A DNA stretch of 32,610 bases from a virus (IMGVR_UViG_3300048886_000348:1-32610), one strand, 5' to 3'; positions 8,200-18,411 are shown, numbered from the stretch's first letter. Translations and numbers: made by a program. Notes: generated by a model not told the origin, from the letters alone.

Positions 8200-10224
8200 C
8201 TATTTGTATAAATGACCGCCGTAATAAGCATCAGGATATTTTGCAACATAGTCTATGTATCTTTGATCTGTTACATTACCTCTTGCACCTTTAGCGGGAG
8301 CTTTAAAACTTGCTGGTTTAAATATATCACCTGTTGAAATTTCTATGAATGCGTGAATAGAACCTGCTTTACCCATTTCATGATTTTCAACACGATAATA
8401 CTTACTTGCTTTTCTTGCTACGACTTTCGATCCTCTTTCTTTGTGTAATTTTGCGAATCGACCTGATTGATATTGTTTATTGATTACCTCTTCATACTTT
8501 CTAACACCGTCTTCGATTGAATGATCACCTTGCATTTGACCTGCTTGTGTGGATGGTAATACTGGAGCTTCTTCTAAACTGGCAGTTATAAAGTTTAGAT
8601 CAATCTCTTCTTTCATACCCATAACTTTATGTGCAAGTTTAACTAGCACATCAAGATTTGCTTTTTCGATTTTCTTTTTGTTTGAATCATTGACTTTATT
8701 GTATGCTTGAACTACAACACTTGCAGTAAACATATCAACCATTACACCTTTAATCTTTTGTGCTTGTTTGTTCTTGACTATATCTTGCATTGTTTGGAAT
8801 GCAGTTTCTTCGTTTAAATTTTCTGTAAAGAAACCAAAGAATTTTTCAACATCTTGTTCTGATACATGTTCACCAAAGTTTGCAACTTCAAGTGCTTTCT
8901 CTACATCTTTATGTTTAGAAAGACCTCTTTTAAGTTTTTCGATTTGTTTGATTGCATAGTTCATTGCACCACCGTGATCAAGTGCAATTTCTACTGCTTT
9001 CCTGACAGTCTTATCTCTGACTTTATGTTTTCTAAAGTAGGAACTAATCTCAGCACCAGTCAATTTAGAACCACTCATTTTAGATTTAGCTTCTTGCCAC
9101 TCTTCAAATGATTGTTTTGCTTCTTTGATACCAAGTTTCTTCATCTCTTTCTCAATCTCTTTGTTGATTTTTTTAATAGCATTTAATGAAGGGTTTTTGA
9201 CTCCTGACTTGTCTTGAGCTTTATCGATTGCATCCATTTCTCTTGCTTTCTTGAGTAGAAGGTCTGAGTATCTAAGGTATTTTCCTTCTGTCACTGCTTC
9301 TTTCTCCTTATTTTCTTTTCTCATTACAAAAGAAACCATTTTCCCTTTAGGTTTTTTGATGTTTCCTCTACCTCTTCTTGGCATTCCTTCGATAAGTCTT
9401 TCTTCAATTTTTGATTCTGATTTTCCTAGATTATCAATCCACTCTTCTGGAGCATGAGTTATTTTGTAGCTATTATTGATTTTAATTCCAAAAGGTTTTA
9501 AGTGTTTGACAAGTAAATCTCTTAAATCAAATTTAGGATTGGGAGTGTCAATATATTCTCCGACATCATCATATAATGAATCATCACCAAAAATACCATA
9601 TAGGTCTACTAAAAGTTTTCTTGAATTAAGTTCAGTAGCTGCCTTTTTATTAGTTAAGAAACCTACTTGTAAGTTGTAAAGTTTTTTGTATGAATCTGGA
9701 ACTGCCCATGTGCCTTCTTGAAGATTAGCTTCTAATATTGATTCACCGTCATGTTCAACATGAGCATAATCAACGCCAGACCTTCCGTATTTCTTCTTAA
9801 TCTTTTCTACTTTTTTGGCTAAAGGATTAAGACCTAAATCTGCATCTGATTCAATACCAACATCAAATCCACTCTTACCACCTCTGAATTTTGCTTTGTC
9901 TATCGTAACTTTTTTTGTCACACTTTTGATATATGGGTCTGCAAGGAACTTGTCTAAAGATTTCTTATTGTAGAATACATATCCCCAATTAGTTTCTTGT
10001 AGAGGTTTGACTATGATTTCTTCGTTATAAGGGAATCCTTTTAACGGATTTTGGAATACTGAGGAGAAATTCTTTTTCACTTTCTTCTCTTGTTCGTGGA
10101 ATGCCTTTTCTTGTTCTTTAATGAACGCATCGACATATTGGCCTGGCGTATCTTCTGAGTAAGACACTCTGACTTCATCAGTTCCCACTTCTAATACACC
10201 GTTATCTGTTTTATTTCCTGTCAT
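8200..10224 (-). CDS. Large modular protein (674 aa), candidate head-internal polyprotein
   Basis: Start reassigned to MTGNK (10224), 5 nt after GATAAATA; unrelated-looking modules joined by xLxE-type motifs; C-terminal HAFIE.STGDIFKPASFKAPAK module. Confidence 0.75.
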   Translation of the reverse strand: MTGNKTDNGVLEVGTDEVRVSYSEDTPGQYVDAFIKEQEKAFHEQEKKVKKNFSSVFQNPLKGFPYNEEIIVKPLQETNWGYVFYNKKSLDKFLADPYIKSVTKKVTIDKAKFRGGKSGFDVGIESDADLGLNPLAKKVEKIKKKYGRSGVDYAHVEHDGESILEANLQEGTWAVPDSYKKLYNLQVGFLTNKKAATELNSRKLLVDLYGIFGDDSLYDDVGEYIDTPNPKFDLRDLLVKHLKPFGIKINNSYKITHAPEEWIDNLGKSESKIEERLIEGMPRRGRGNIKKPKGKMVSFVMRKENKEKEAVTEGKYLRYSDLLLKKAREMDAIDKAQDKSGVKNPSLNAIKKINKEIEKEMKKLGIKEAKQSFEEWQEAKSKMSGSKLTGAEISSYFRKHKVRDKTVRKAVEIALDHGGAMNYAIKQIEKLKRGLSKHKDVEKALEVANFGEHVSEQDVEKFFGFFTENLNEETAFQTMQDIVKNKQAQKIKGVMVDMFTASVVVQAYNKVNDSNKKKIEKANLDVLVKLAHKVMGMKEEIDLNFITASLEEAPVLPSTQAGQMQGDHSIEDGVRKYEEVINKQYQSGRFAKLHKERGSKVVARKASKYYRVENHEMGKAGSIHAFIEISTGDIFKPASFKAPAKGARGNVTDQRYIDYVAKYPDAYYGGHLYK

Positions 10225-10228
10225 AATA

Positions 10229-11380
10229 CTATTTATCGGATTTAAAAGCTGCAACTGCCATCTGAATGATTTTATCTTTAGATTTACCAACAAACTGTGG
10301 TGAGTCTGAATCTAAAAAATCTTTAATATAGTCATCTACGGTTGCACCCTTACCCAATTCCTCTGTTATTTTAAGTCCTAATTTCTTTTGATACCTATTG
10401 ATTTGTTTTAATAGAGTCTTTTTTTCTCTCTTATCCTTCGTCATGAGATACTTCTGCATGAGATCAATCATTGCATCACCATCAACACCTTCTCTTAACC
10501 TTGGTTCTCTTCTGTTAAAGTGTTGTGATACAATAGAAAGATTAGATTTATCGTTGTTCATAGGATTGTTATCCTTATGATGCACATCCTTTCCTTCAAT
10601 GTCTTTTCTATTCTTTAATGATCTTCGAGCTTCATTCCGTTTAGATCGCCGAGCAATCTGTTCTTTCTTACCATGATAATTTTCGTATTCTTTTTTGTAA
10701 TTTCTTTCTTCTGCCTTAATTGCATATTTCTTTTGGAGAGCTTCCATTTCTTTCTTCTCTTTTTTAAATGCAATAGAACCGTATGGTAAATCCATAAGTT
10801 TGTTCATGTGTTGAAGTATTCGAACTCTGATCTTCTCAGGCATTTTAGAATGAAATTCGGGTATTAATCCCTCTATTTGATAAGCCTTTCCTCTTTTAGA
10901 AAGTTTAATACCAAAAGCTTTTGCCATCTTTACTTTTTTATTCCAATTAGCTTTCCGTAATTGTGCTAACAACTTATCGGCAATGGCTTGGTCTGCCTGT
11001 ATTTCATTTGGCATAACTAAAGGTGTTTCTTCAAGTGATTCACTTTTATTTGCTTTCTCGGCTGCTTTTCTATCAGCTTCCCTTTGTTTTCTTATTGCAT
11101 CATCTTCTGTTTCTTTTGCATCAAGACCAGCTTGTCTTTCGTTTTGTCTTTCATGACGATCTTTAAGTGCTTCGACTTCTTTTTCGTGTGCATCTTTTTG
11201 TTTTTCTATTTCGTCCGCTTGTTTTGCTTTGAGCATAGCTGCTTCGGCTGCACCTTCCACTATTTCTTTAAATGTGGTTGGATGAGCAGGAGTCTTTATA
11301 GGATACTTTCGAAAGATAACCTCTATATCATCTTCTGAAATATCTCTAACTTGATCTCTGATTTTTTCTATTTGGGACAT
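10229..11380 (-). CDS. Modular protein with embedded HNH-like module, candidate polyprotein
   Basis: DVHHKDNNPMNNDKSNL...N beta-beta-alpha-Me motif; modules flanked by xE sites. Confidence 0.75.
   Translation of the reverse strand: MSQIEKIRDQVRDISEDDIEVIFRKYPIKTPAHPTTFKEIVEGAAEAAMLKAKQADEIEKQKDAHEKEVEALKDRHERQNERQAGLDAKETEDDAIRKQREADRKAAEKANKSESLEETPLVMPNEIQADQAIADKLLAQLRKANWNKKVKMAKAFGIKLSKRGKAYQIEGLIPEFHSKMPEKIRVRILQHMNKLMDLPYGSIAFKKEKKEMEALQKKYAIKAEERNYKKEYENYHGKKEQIARRSKRNEARRSLKNRKDIEGKDVHHKDNNPMNNDKSNLSIVSQHFNRREPRLREGVDGDAMIDLMQKYLMTKDKREKKTLLKQINRYQKKLGLKITEELGKGATVDDYIKDFLDSDSPQFVGKSKDKIIQMAVAAFKSDK
10230..10237 (-). promoter_or_regulatory. T4-like late promoter (GATAAATA)
   Basis: NATAAATA, 5 nt before ATG at 10224. 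Confidence 0.6.
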
Positions 11381-11384
11381 AATA

Positions 11385-12674
11385 CTATTTATGTTTTTTC
11401 ATAAGTAACTCTCGTTGCTTCCATGCAAGAGCGGATTTGTTATTTGGGAATTGTGTAGTCCATCCTAACATTCTACTATAAAGTTGAGACGCCTTTTTCT
11501 TTAAATCTGCATAAGTGTCATCATTCAATACTTCAACAAAATCTGCACCAAACATTCCTTTAAAATAGGTTGCATTTTTATTTGCATTTTCCCAGTCCTT
11601 TTGAACTATTTTTTCGGGAAGTTTTCTTGCTCGTTCTGCATTTCTTGCTTGTGCATTTGCAAGGGAAGTTCTTACATAAATCATTTTAGATTCATATCCA
11701 AGATAGTCCAAACTTCTTTTATATGCTTTAATTTTAGATGCTTTTGCACTGGTAGTGTCAAAGATTAAACCAAGTCTACCTTGAATATACATATCTAGAC
11801 TTTTACCTGTCATTCTCTTTGCCTTTTTACGAATAGGGTCTCTAATATCTGCATCCATAGTTCTTAGATCAAGAGAATGTCCTGCTTTCTTTAATTCTGA
11901 CTCAAATGCAGAATCAGTATTAATCAATTTAAGTCCTAATGCTTTTAAAGCTAATGCTTTAACCACTGCAGTTTTACCACTGCCTGGCCCACCCATCAAA
12001 AAGACTGCCTTGAAGATTCCAGCATCATAAACACCTTCTGATATTAAATCTTCATAAATGTAATCAGGTATAGTTTCTTCACGAATACCCATTCCTTTAC
12101 GAACATCTTTCCATAGGCCTTCGGCATCTTTTTTATTGTTAGATGGAACACCTTTTGAAAATTCATCGAAATCACCCTTATCTGCAAACATTCTCATTTT
12201 TGATGCACTCATTCCACTGACATCATCTGCATCAGGATCGCGTTCACCTGCTGAGATAACCTCTATTTTGTCAAAATTGTAGTGTCCATGTCTTCCGTAT
12301 TTACCATTGTAAGTGTTAATAAGTTTATCAAACTCTCCAACTCTATCTGAACCTACAATCATACGGATATGATTGAATCCTTTATCGTGTAAATCTGTAA
12401 CAATATCAAAGATTGTTCTTGCGGTAGTGTTAACAACTGTCACTTTTTTAAAGAATTTGCGTAGCCATTTAATCTTGTCTTTATATTTCAGTGGATTTTT
12501 TCTTGGGTCTTCGGTATGTGAGGTATAGATAACAGGTTTGTATCCACCTTTAGTTGCTTTGAGTAATTTATCAACGAGTTTTCCATGTCCTACTGTTGGT
12601 GGATTAAATCTACCAAAAGTAAACACTGCACCTTTATCTTTTCCTTCGGTTAAGAATTTACTAAATTTCTTCAT
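11385..12674 (-). CDS. HxGH-type nucleotidyltransferase (cytidylyltransferase-like) fused to a P-loop kinase
   Basis: FTFGRFNPPTVGH, VGSDR, GMSASKMR; then Walker A GGPGSGKT, IFDTT and RNAERAR lid of zeta-toxin/PNK-like kinases; N-terminus MKKFSKFLTE. Confidence 0.85.
   Translation of the reverse strand: MKKFSKFLTEGKDKGAVFTFGRFNPPTVGHGKLVDKLLKATKGGYKPVIYTSHTEDPRKNPLKYKDKIKWLRKFFKKVTVVNTTARTIFDIVTDLHDKGFNHIRMIVGSDRVGEFDKLINTYNGKYGRHGHYNFDKIEVISAGERDPDADDVSGMSASKMRMFADKGDFDEFSKGVPSNNKKDAEGLWKDVRKGMGIREETIPDYIYEDLISEGVYDAGIFKAVFLMGGPGSGKTAVVKALALKALGLKLINTDSAFESELKKAGHSLDLRTMDADIRDPIRKKAKRMTGKSLDMYIQGRLGLIFDTTSAKASKIKAYKRSLDYLGYESKMIYVRTSLANAQARNAERARKLPEKIVQKDWENANKNATYFKGMFGADFVEVLNDDTYADLKKKASQLYSRMLGWTTQFPNNKSALAWKQRELLMKKHK
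11386..11393 (-). promoter_or_regulatory. T4-like late promoter (CATAAATA)
   Basis: NATAAATA, 5 nt before ATG at 11380. Confidence 0.6.
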
Positions 12675-13882
12675 TACTTATCCCACTGTTTAGCTGCAGT
12701 GAAGTTATTAAATGCAAACTCCATTCTGTCAACGAGTTTAACTGCTTTTCCTGATTCTAAGTTTATTGCCACATATCCCTCAGGATTTACTGCAACAAAT
12801 CCTTTATCAGTTTTATTAAATGTTCCTATGGACTTAACTCTATTTAGGGCAACGATAATAATCTGTTTTGCACTAACAATATGTGCCTGAAAGATTGTCA
12901 GATTTGTTAAGAATTTTTTAAGACCTCTCAGATCATTATAAATCTGTTCACCGATCTCTTGTTTTAAATCTTTATGTTTTTGTGTTTTAAGTTTTGCAAC
13001 CACTTTATCAGCCCAATAAGATTCAAAGTGTTGAAGATAACCATCCGCTGTGGGTTTAAAAGTCCCACCCCTAATTTGTGAATTAATATATGTTTTATAT
13101 GATGCACCAGCACCTTTTGTGGCAATCGTATTTTGAAGGTCTCTAAACTTACCCAAGTCTTTTGCAGTGATACCATGGAATGCTTTACCCACTGTTGATA
13201 ACTCCTGAGTTAATTTAAGTGTCTCTTTTGCAGTCATAGATGCGTTTCCACTCATATCTTTATAAGTTGCATCATCAACCCATACATCTGAACTGTGTCC
13301 TAGACCTTTAATGTTTGCACCAAATGATGCACCTAATCCTTCGATTGTTGACCCACTGTAAGTAGTGTGAAAGACTATACCAAATTTTGCAGCTGATATT
13401 TGTTTTCCTAATGCAGAATTAACATCAACTGCATAGAAAATAGTGTTAGGTTGGAAAGTGACACAACTAACACCATCAATTTTCTTCTTTTTCTTATCTC
13501 CACTGGTGAACATTAAGTCCCCTTGAAGGATATTTTTAAAAGATAGTTTTGAAAGGTGTTTGAATGCTTCTAAGAATTTAGTTTCAAGATCACCACTTAA
13601 CTCTTTTGCATCTTTGATCTGTTGTTCGGATGTATAGAACTTAGGTTCTTTAGTGAATAGAGATTTCTTTGCAACAAAGAACTGATTAGTTTCGGGATGT
13701 TTACCTACAATCAACGCTGGAGCTCCATCCCATTTAACTGTCATGTTGACTTTGTCGTTAGTTCTACCCTTCAACATGTCTCTAAGACCTTGAAGAAAAA
13801 ATATAGAACCACGCCCACCATCAATACCTTGATTAATGATTTCGTCTTCTAAATGTTCTAAATGTAAATTTTTCGCTGCCAT
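12674..13882 (-). CDS. Conserved phage protein with ATP-dependent ligase/nucleotidyltransferase-like motifs
   Basis: TVKWDG (motif I KxDG), LQGDL, EGYVA (IV), VKLVD (V); TAATG coupling to downstream NTase-kinase. Confidence 0.7.
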   Translation of the reverse strand: MAAKNLHLEHLEDEIINQGIDGGRGSIFFLQGLRDMLKGRTNDKVNMTVKWDGAPALIVGKHPETNQFFVAKKSLFTKEPKFYTSEQQIKDAKELSGDLETKFLEAFKHLSKLSFKNILQGDLMFTSGDKKKKKIDGVSCVTFQPNTIFYAVDVNSALGKQISAAKFGIVFHTTYSGSTIEGLGASFGANIKGLGHSSDVWVDDATYKDMSGNASMTAKETLKLTQELSTVGKAFHGITAKDLGKFRDLQNTIATKGAGASYKTYINSQIRGGTFKPTADGYLQHFESYWADKVVAKLKTQKHKDLKQEIGEQIYNDLRGLKKFLTNLTIFQAHIVSAKQIIIVALNRVKSIGTFNKTDKGFVAVNPEGYVAINLESGKAVKLVDRMEFAFNNFTAAKQWDK

Positions 13883-13890
13883 AATAGTAG

Positions 13891-13928
13891 ATTATACACG
13901 CTTTTAATGTGTCTGTCTACTATTTATG
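13891..13928 (-). promoter_or_regulatory. Tandem late (CATAAATA, 13921-13928) and sigma70 (TAGACA-17-TATAAT) promoters
   Basis: -35 at 13914-13919, -10 at 13891-13896, 8 nt before ATG. Confidence 0.65.
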
Positions 13929-13939
13929 ATTTTAAATGA

Positions 13940-14326
13940 CTATAAAGGTTGATGATTGGATTGTGCGTGTGTTCCCGCTTCTTTCTCTTCCACTTCTACC
14001 TTTTGTGCTGTGACTCTAGCAATTTCTGTATTAATTTCAGTCTGTGCCGTAGTAAACTTAGTTAACCTTGCAGCTATATGTGCATCAACTGCTGCCTGAT
14101 CTGCATCCCAAGTATCATAACTTTCTACCTCTTCATCCCTCGCGTTAGGAAATTCTGAATCATTCCTATTAGTAGAATTAGTAAGTGCTGTAGACAATTC
14201 TTCTTTTGTTGTTCCAGCAGGTAAGTTTGTGAAAAAGGTTACTATTCCATCAAGTTGTGTTTTAGTCGTGTTCAATGTCACTAGATTGTCTGTGAATTGT
14301 TGGATTTCTGTTGCCCATGCTCCCAT
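13940..14326 (-). CDS. Hypothetical helical protein
   Basis: 128-aa ORF with AGGGG SD and upstream CATAAATA (14360-14367). Confidence 0.7.
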   Translation of the reverse strand: MGAWATEIQQFTDNLVTLNTTKTQLDGIVTFFTNLPAGTTKEELSTALTNSTNRNDSEFPNARDEEVESYDTWDADQAAVDAHIAARLTKFTTAQTEINTEIARVTAQKVEVEEKEAGTHAQSNHQPL

Positions 14327-14362
14327 TTGTATTTCCCCTAAATTGTGTGGTAATACTGTTAT

Positions 14363-14539
14363 TTATGTTTTTGAGAGTGGTCGAGAGTGTAAATCATCAT
14401 CTAATTCAGACATTTTTTTACTGATTAGTTTGATTTGAATTTTATCTTCTTTTAGTTTTGCATTGCGTAAGGCTTTTTTTAACTCGACCTTACGAGTTAT
14501 TATATCAATAACTTCATTCCCTTTTAAATTTCTACCCAT
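14363..14539 (-). CDS. Small basic hypothetical protein (58 aa, not in ORF track)
   Basis: Manual translation MGRNLKGNEVIDIITRKVELKKALRNAKLKEDKIQIKLISKKMSELDDDLHSRPLSKT fills the intergenic gap. Confidence 0.6.
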   Translation of the reverse strand: MGRNLKGNEVIDIITRKVELKKALRNAKLKEDKIQIKLISKKMSELDDDLHSRPLSKT

Positions 14540-14560
14540 TGCAATACCAAAATCATAATG

Positions 14561-16048
14561 TTACATATTATTTAGGCATGTCAGATAGGCCGAATAACCA
14601 AATTCTTTTACATTAACTATAAAGTTTGTTCCATCAAATGTTATATTCTCACACATTTCAGTCTGACCATTATAAGTATAAGTCCAATCACCCAGTGTAT
14701 ATTGCACAACATCATGATGTGTATGATAAGAATTTACAAAATTATCTCTATCTTGAATAGTTGTGTTCAAATCTACAAGGGTAGTGTGCATATCTATTAA
14801 TTGATAAGGGTCTCTATTGTTCATAACCTCAGTAAAACTAAATGCAGTGTTGTCCGTGTTGTGTATTCTAAAATCAAACAGTTGGTTAGAAGAAAGACAT
14901 AAGTCCTCGACAAATCTACTATCACCGCGTATTGTATAACCATGTCTACAAGATGTTTGATTATTTGGTGTAAAATGAACAATGGCCTCTACAACCCCAT
15001 TGATACTGTCAATCCCTATTCTTACAGTCTCATTGTCTAGTAATTCATAAGAGATATAACTCTCTGATACATGGACATTTGCATTAGCTTGAATATTCTC
15101 TAAGGTAATCTCTATTGGATTACTATCTGAGTCTAATATTTGACCAGTTTGGTTTGCAACTAATTCTCTAATACTATGTTCTCGTTGAAAGAAAAAAGTA
15201 TCACCAACCGATGTTCCTTCTGAATCATTATAAATGTCAAAAGTAATCGTAGTAAACGGTGTATTTGTGAGTATAGTATCTACTAGGTTATCAGATACCA
15301 TTGAAATCATGTTTAAATTGTAGTGATCTCCGACTATTTCTTCGATCTTACTTGATGTGGTTAGAAAATCCACGATCTTCTCACCAATTTCTTGTTTTTC
15401 AGTATCTTCGGATGCTATAAAATCCTCATAAAAGTCTGCTGGATTGATATAATACTGATTTTGTAGATCAAACATGACATCATCTATCTTAGATGAGACC
15501 TGTGATCCTATATTATTTGCAGCTGTTTGACACCCATTTTCTACTGAAATACTATTAGTAAGGGAGTCAACTATATATTGGGTAAAAAGTGTCGTAAAAG
15601 GCGTTATATTTGCCCTCTCTGACGAATTATTATAAGGGAAATACATCATAGTATAGGCATTTTCAACCGTCCCTCTGACGCTATCTGTGGCTCCTACAGG
15701 CACTTCTGCAACCCTTGGACGCAGATTTGCACATGCTAATGTATAATCATCCACTAAAATGAACTGAGATTCAATAAAATAGTATTCCTCGTTTGCTAAG
15801 TCTTCCGTTGCACTGGGTTCACCCTCATCTTGAACAAGATTCCAGTTAAAGTCTATGTAAACATTTGCACCACTAATATATCCATCAATCACCTTTGTTT
15901 GTAAGATGTATTGGGATGTTGGTGCAATCGTGGCTGTAAACCCTTGTGATGTGATTGTTGGTTCATCAAATTCTACTGAACTTCCACCCCCACAAGCTGT
16001 TATAATTAATACACTACTGAGTGTAATTAAAGTTTTTATATTTTTCAT
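14561..16048 (-). CDS. Bacterial-type lipoprotein
   Basis: Start reassigned to MKNIK (GAGG SD); signal peptide with lipobox ITA-C-GGG; VIDGYISGANVYIDFNWNLVQDEGEP and ANITPFTT motifs like bacterial surface lipoproteins. Confidence 0.75.
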   Translation of the reverse strand: MKNIKTLITLSSVLIITACGGGSSVEFDEPTITSQGFTATIAPTSQYILQTKVIDGYISGANVYIDFNWNLVQDEGEPSATEDLANEEYYFIESQFILVDDYTLACANLRPRVAEVPVGATDSVRGTVENAYTMMYFPYNNSSERANITPFTTLFTQYIVDSLTNSISVENGCQTAANNIGSQVSSKIDDVMFDLQNQYYINPADFYEDFIASEDTEKQEIGEKIVDFLTTSSKIEEIVGDHYNLNMISMVSDNLVDTILTNTPFTTITFDIYNDSEGTSVGDTFFFQREHSIRELVANQTGQILDSDSNPIEITLENIQANANVHVSESYISYELLDNETVRIGIDSINGVVEAIVHFTPNNQTSCRHGYTIRGDSRFVEDLCLSSNQLFDFRIHNTDNTAFSFTEVMNNRDPYQLIDMHTTLVDLNTTIQDRDNFVNSYHTHHDVVQYTLGDWTYTYNGQTEMCENITFDGTNFIVNVKEFGYSAYLTCLNNM

Positions 16049-17408
16049 TTTTACCTCTATCAAAAACTGGTGTCTCATTATCATCTTCTATTGCCGAATC
16101 AATTAACTCTTCCTGAGCCTCTTGTTCACAGTCGTATAACTTCATACGACTTCGATCAATACCAATTACAAATCTTTTGAATATGGTAGGGTCATTATAC
16201 CTATTTTTTAATTGTTTAATAACCATTTGGTCTAACTCTTCTAACTCATCGGATGTAATCATTGCAAACATAAAATCTGCTGTTGCTGGTAATCCAAATG
16301 ATTCGGAAGTGTCTGTTAAATCTATATCTGTTGACCCAAAACCAGCTCTTGTGGTTTGAGTTGCACTCATAATTGGAACATCATATTCCACTGCAAGTCC
16401 TCTTAATTCTTCTGCAATACTCTTAACTAATGTATATGAGTTTGCACCTTGGCCTGGCCTAATTCTATTTGATGCACAAATGTTTAGATAATCTATAAAG
16501 ATAACATCAGGTTTAAAATCTTTCTTAATACCTAATTCTTGTATTAGATGTCTAAAGTGTCCAACATGAGCTGCAGCGGTTGGGTATTCCTTAACAATTA
16601 ATTTACCCTTGGTCTTATCTTTAATCTTATCGATCTTTTTACTATACATCTTTTTAGATAAGTCAGGTATTTCCTTCATCGGAATGTTAAGGATGTTTGC
16701 ATCTATTCTTTCTGCAATTCTTTCTTCACTCATTTCAAGTGTAATGTAAAGAACATTCTTATTCATCATAAGACTTGCACTTGCCATGTGACACATGAAC
16801 AATGATTTACCAACACCTGTTCCTGCCAAACAAATGTTTAATGTCTTATTGGGTAATCCACCTTTGGTGATTTTATTGAAATACTCTAAATCAAACGGAA
16901 GTTTCTCTTCATCTGTATGATAAAAATCAAATCTTTTTTCTTCGTCCTCTAATACATCATGACCTATATGAGTATCAAAAGACACGGAAAGTGCATCCTT
17001 GAGAAGTTCGGGTATTTCACCAGTTGATCTTTGAGAAGTTTTATCGATTACCTCGATACTGTCCATGACTGCAATATAGATTGCTCTATCTTTGCACCAT
17101 TGTTCAGTCTCATCAATCAACCATTCTTGTGGTGTTTCTTCTTTATTTCTACTAAAATCGTTAACAACTGATTTTGAATTTTTGACAACTACTTCATTGA
17201 GAGAAGTATTATTGTCAAGATTTATGAGAAGTGCCTCAGTTGTTGGTGTTTTAGTATATTTAAAGAAGTAATCCTGTATTTCTGAAAATACAGTCTTTTC
17301 ATCACTTTCGGTGAAATACTCCGATCTTAAAAAAGGAATTACTTTCCGTGAATATTCTTCACTCTGAACTAGGTTCCTGAGTATTGTCTGTTCTAATCTC
17401 TGTTCCAT
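16014..17408 (-). CDS. gp41: Replicative DNA helicase (T4 gp41, DnaB-like)
   Basis: Walker [51 protein letters not shown]. Confidence 0.96.
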   Translation of the reverse strand: MEQRLEQTILRNLVQSEEYSRKVIPFLRSEYFTESDEKTVFSEIQDYFFKYTKTPTTEALLINLDNNTSLNEVVVKNSKSVVNDFSRNKEETPQEWLIDETEQWCKDRAIYIAVMDSIEVIDKTSQRSTGEIPELLKDALSVSFDTHIGHDVLEDEEKRFDFYHTDEEKLPFDLEYFNKITKGGLPNKTLNICLAGTGVGKSLFMCHMASASLMMNKNVLYITLEMSEERIAERIDANILNIPMKEIPDLSKKMYSKKIDKIKDKTKGKLIVKEYPTAAAHVGHFRHLIQELGIKKDFKPDVIFIDYLNICASNRIRPGQGANSYTLVKSIAEELRGLAVEYDVPIMSATQTTRAGFGSTDIDLTDTSESFGLPATADFMFAMITSDELEELDQMVIKQLKNRYNDPTIFKRFVIGIDRSRMKLYDCEQEAQEELIDSAIEDDNETPVFDRGKNEKYKNFNYTQ

Positions 17409-18411
17409 AACTAAAATATTTGTTTGCTGCCTGTTCTAATTGATCCATAACATCTTCTGTAAAGTATTTCTCAGGATTGTTATTAATTGTCTTACCAAAT
17501 TCTGTTTTACCATTTGGAAGTTCAACCCTTGTTGAAGACTTTTTAAAGATGTCAAATGCAAGTGCCATTTCTAATAGACCGTAATATCTATCAAGTCCTT
17601 TGTCATAAGTTAATCTGACATCGACTATTCTATTCTCTACGGTTAATCTAGATTTTGCGTTCTTGCAATGTATGATATTTCCAATAACTTCTTTCCCATC
17701 TTTTTCTTTTTTTCTAGATAGATAGATTATAGATGAAGCTGCATACTTCAATCCACTACCACCACCCATCTCTTTTTGTGGGAACATTGAACCTATTACA
17801 TCATAAGTGTGATTAGTTACAATCATAGGAACTTTTGCACGACCAAGTTTTAATGTAAGGACTCTAAATGTTCCTTTAACAATTTGTGCCCGAGTCATAT
17901 CTCTAGTTTCCTTACCAGCTGCTGTATCCTCAATCTCTTTGGTAGTTGATAACATACCAAGTGAATCCAATACAAATAACATAGGTGGTCTTTTAGACTC
18001 TTCTGTTTCTAGATATTTGTCTAAGATATTTAACGATTGATTTCGGAACTCTTGAACAGTAACTACTGGAACAATTATAATACGACTAGAATCAATACCT
18101 CTTGATTCAATCATATCTTTTGTTAGTGCAGATTCACTTTCAAAGTAAACAACTGCAGCTTTGGGATTATCTTCAAGGAATTTTTGACATACTCCTAATG
18201 CAAAGAATGTCTTACCTGTTGCAGATTCCCCTGCCAGTGCTGTGATTTTGTTTGATGGTAGTCCACCGTATAGTGAACCACTTAAAAGTGCATTGAAAAT
18301 GTATGATCCAGTATCAATAAATGAATCTACATCACCAGCTGCTACACCTTCTGATACGAGACTTGCATACTCGTTACCACTGGATTTGATTAAGTCTTTT
18401 ATAAATGACAT
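17359..18411 (-). CDS. uvsX: RecA-like recombinase UvsX
   Basis: [41 protein letters not shown]; GAGG SD favours ATG at 18411. Confidence 0.95.
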   Translation of the reverse strand: MSFIKDLIKSSGNEYASLVSEGVAAGDVDSFIDTGSYIFNALLSGSLYGGLPSNKITALAGESATGKTFFALGVCQKFLEDNPKAAVVYFESESALTKDMIESRGIDSSRIIIVPVVTVQEFRNQSLNILDKYLETEESKRPPMLFVLDSLGMLSTTKEIEDTAAGKETRDMTRAQIVKGTFRVLTLKLGRAKVPMIVTNHTYDVIGSMFPQKEMGGGSGLKYAASSIIYLSRKKEKDGKEVIGNIIHCKNAKSRLTVENRIVDVRLTYDKGLDRYYGLLEMALAFDIFKKSSTRVELPNGKTEFGKTINNNPEKYFTEDVMDQLEQAANKYFSYGTEIRTDNTQEPSSE

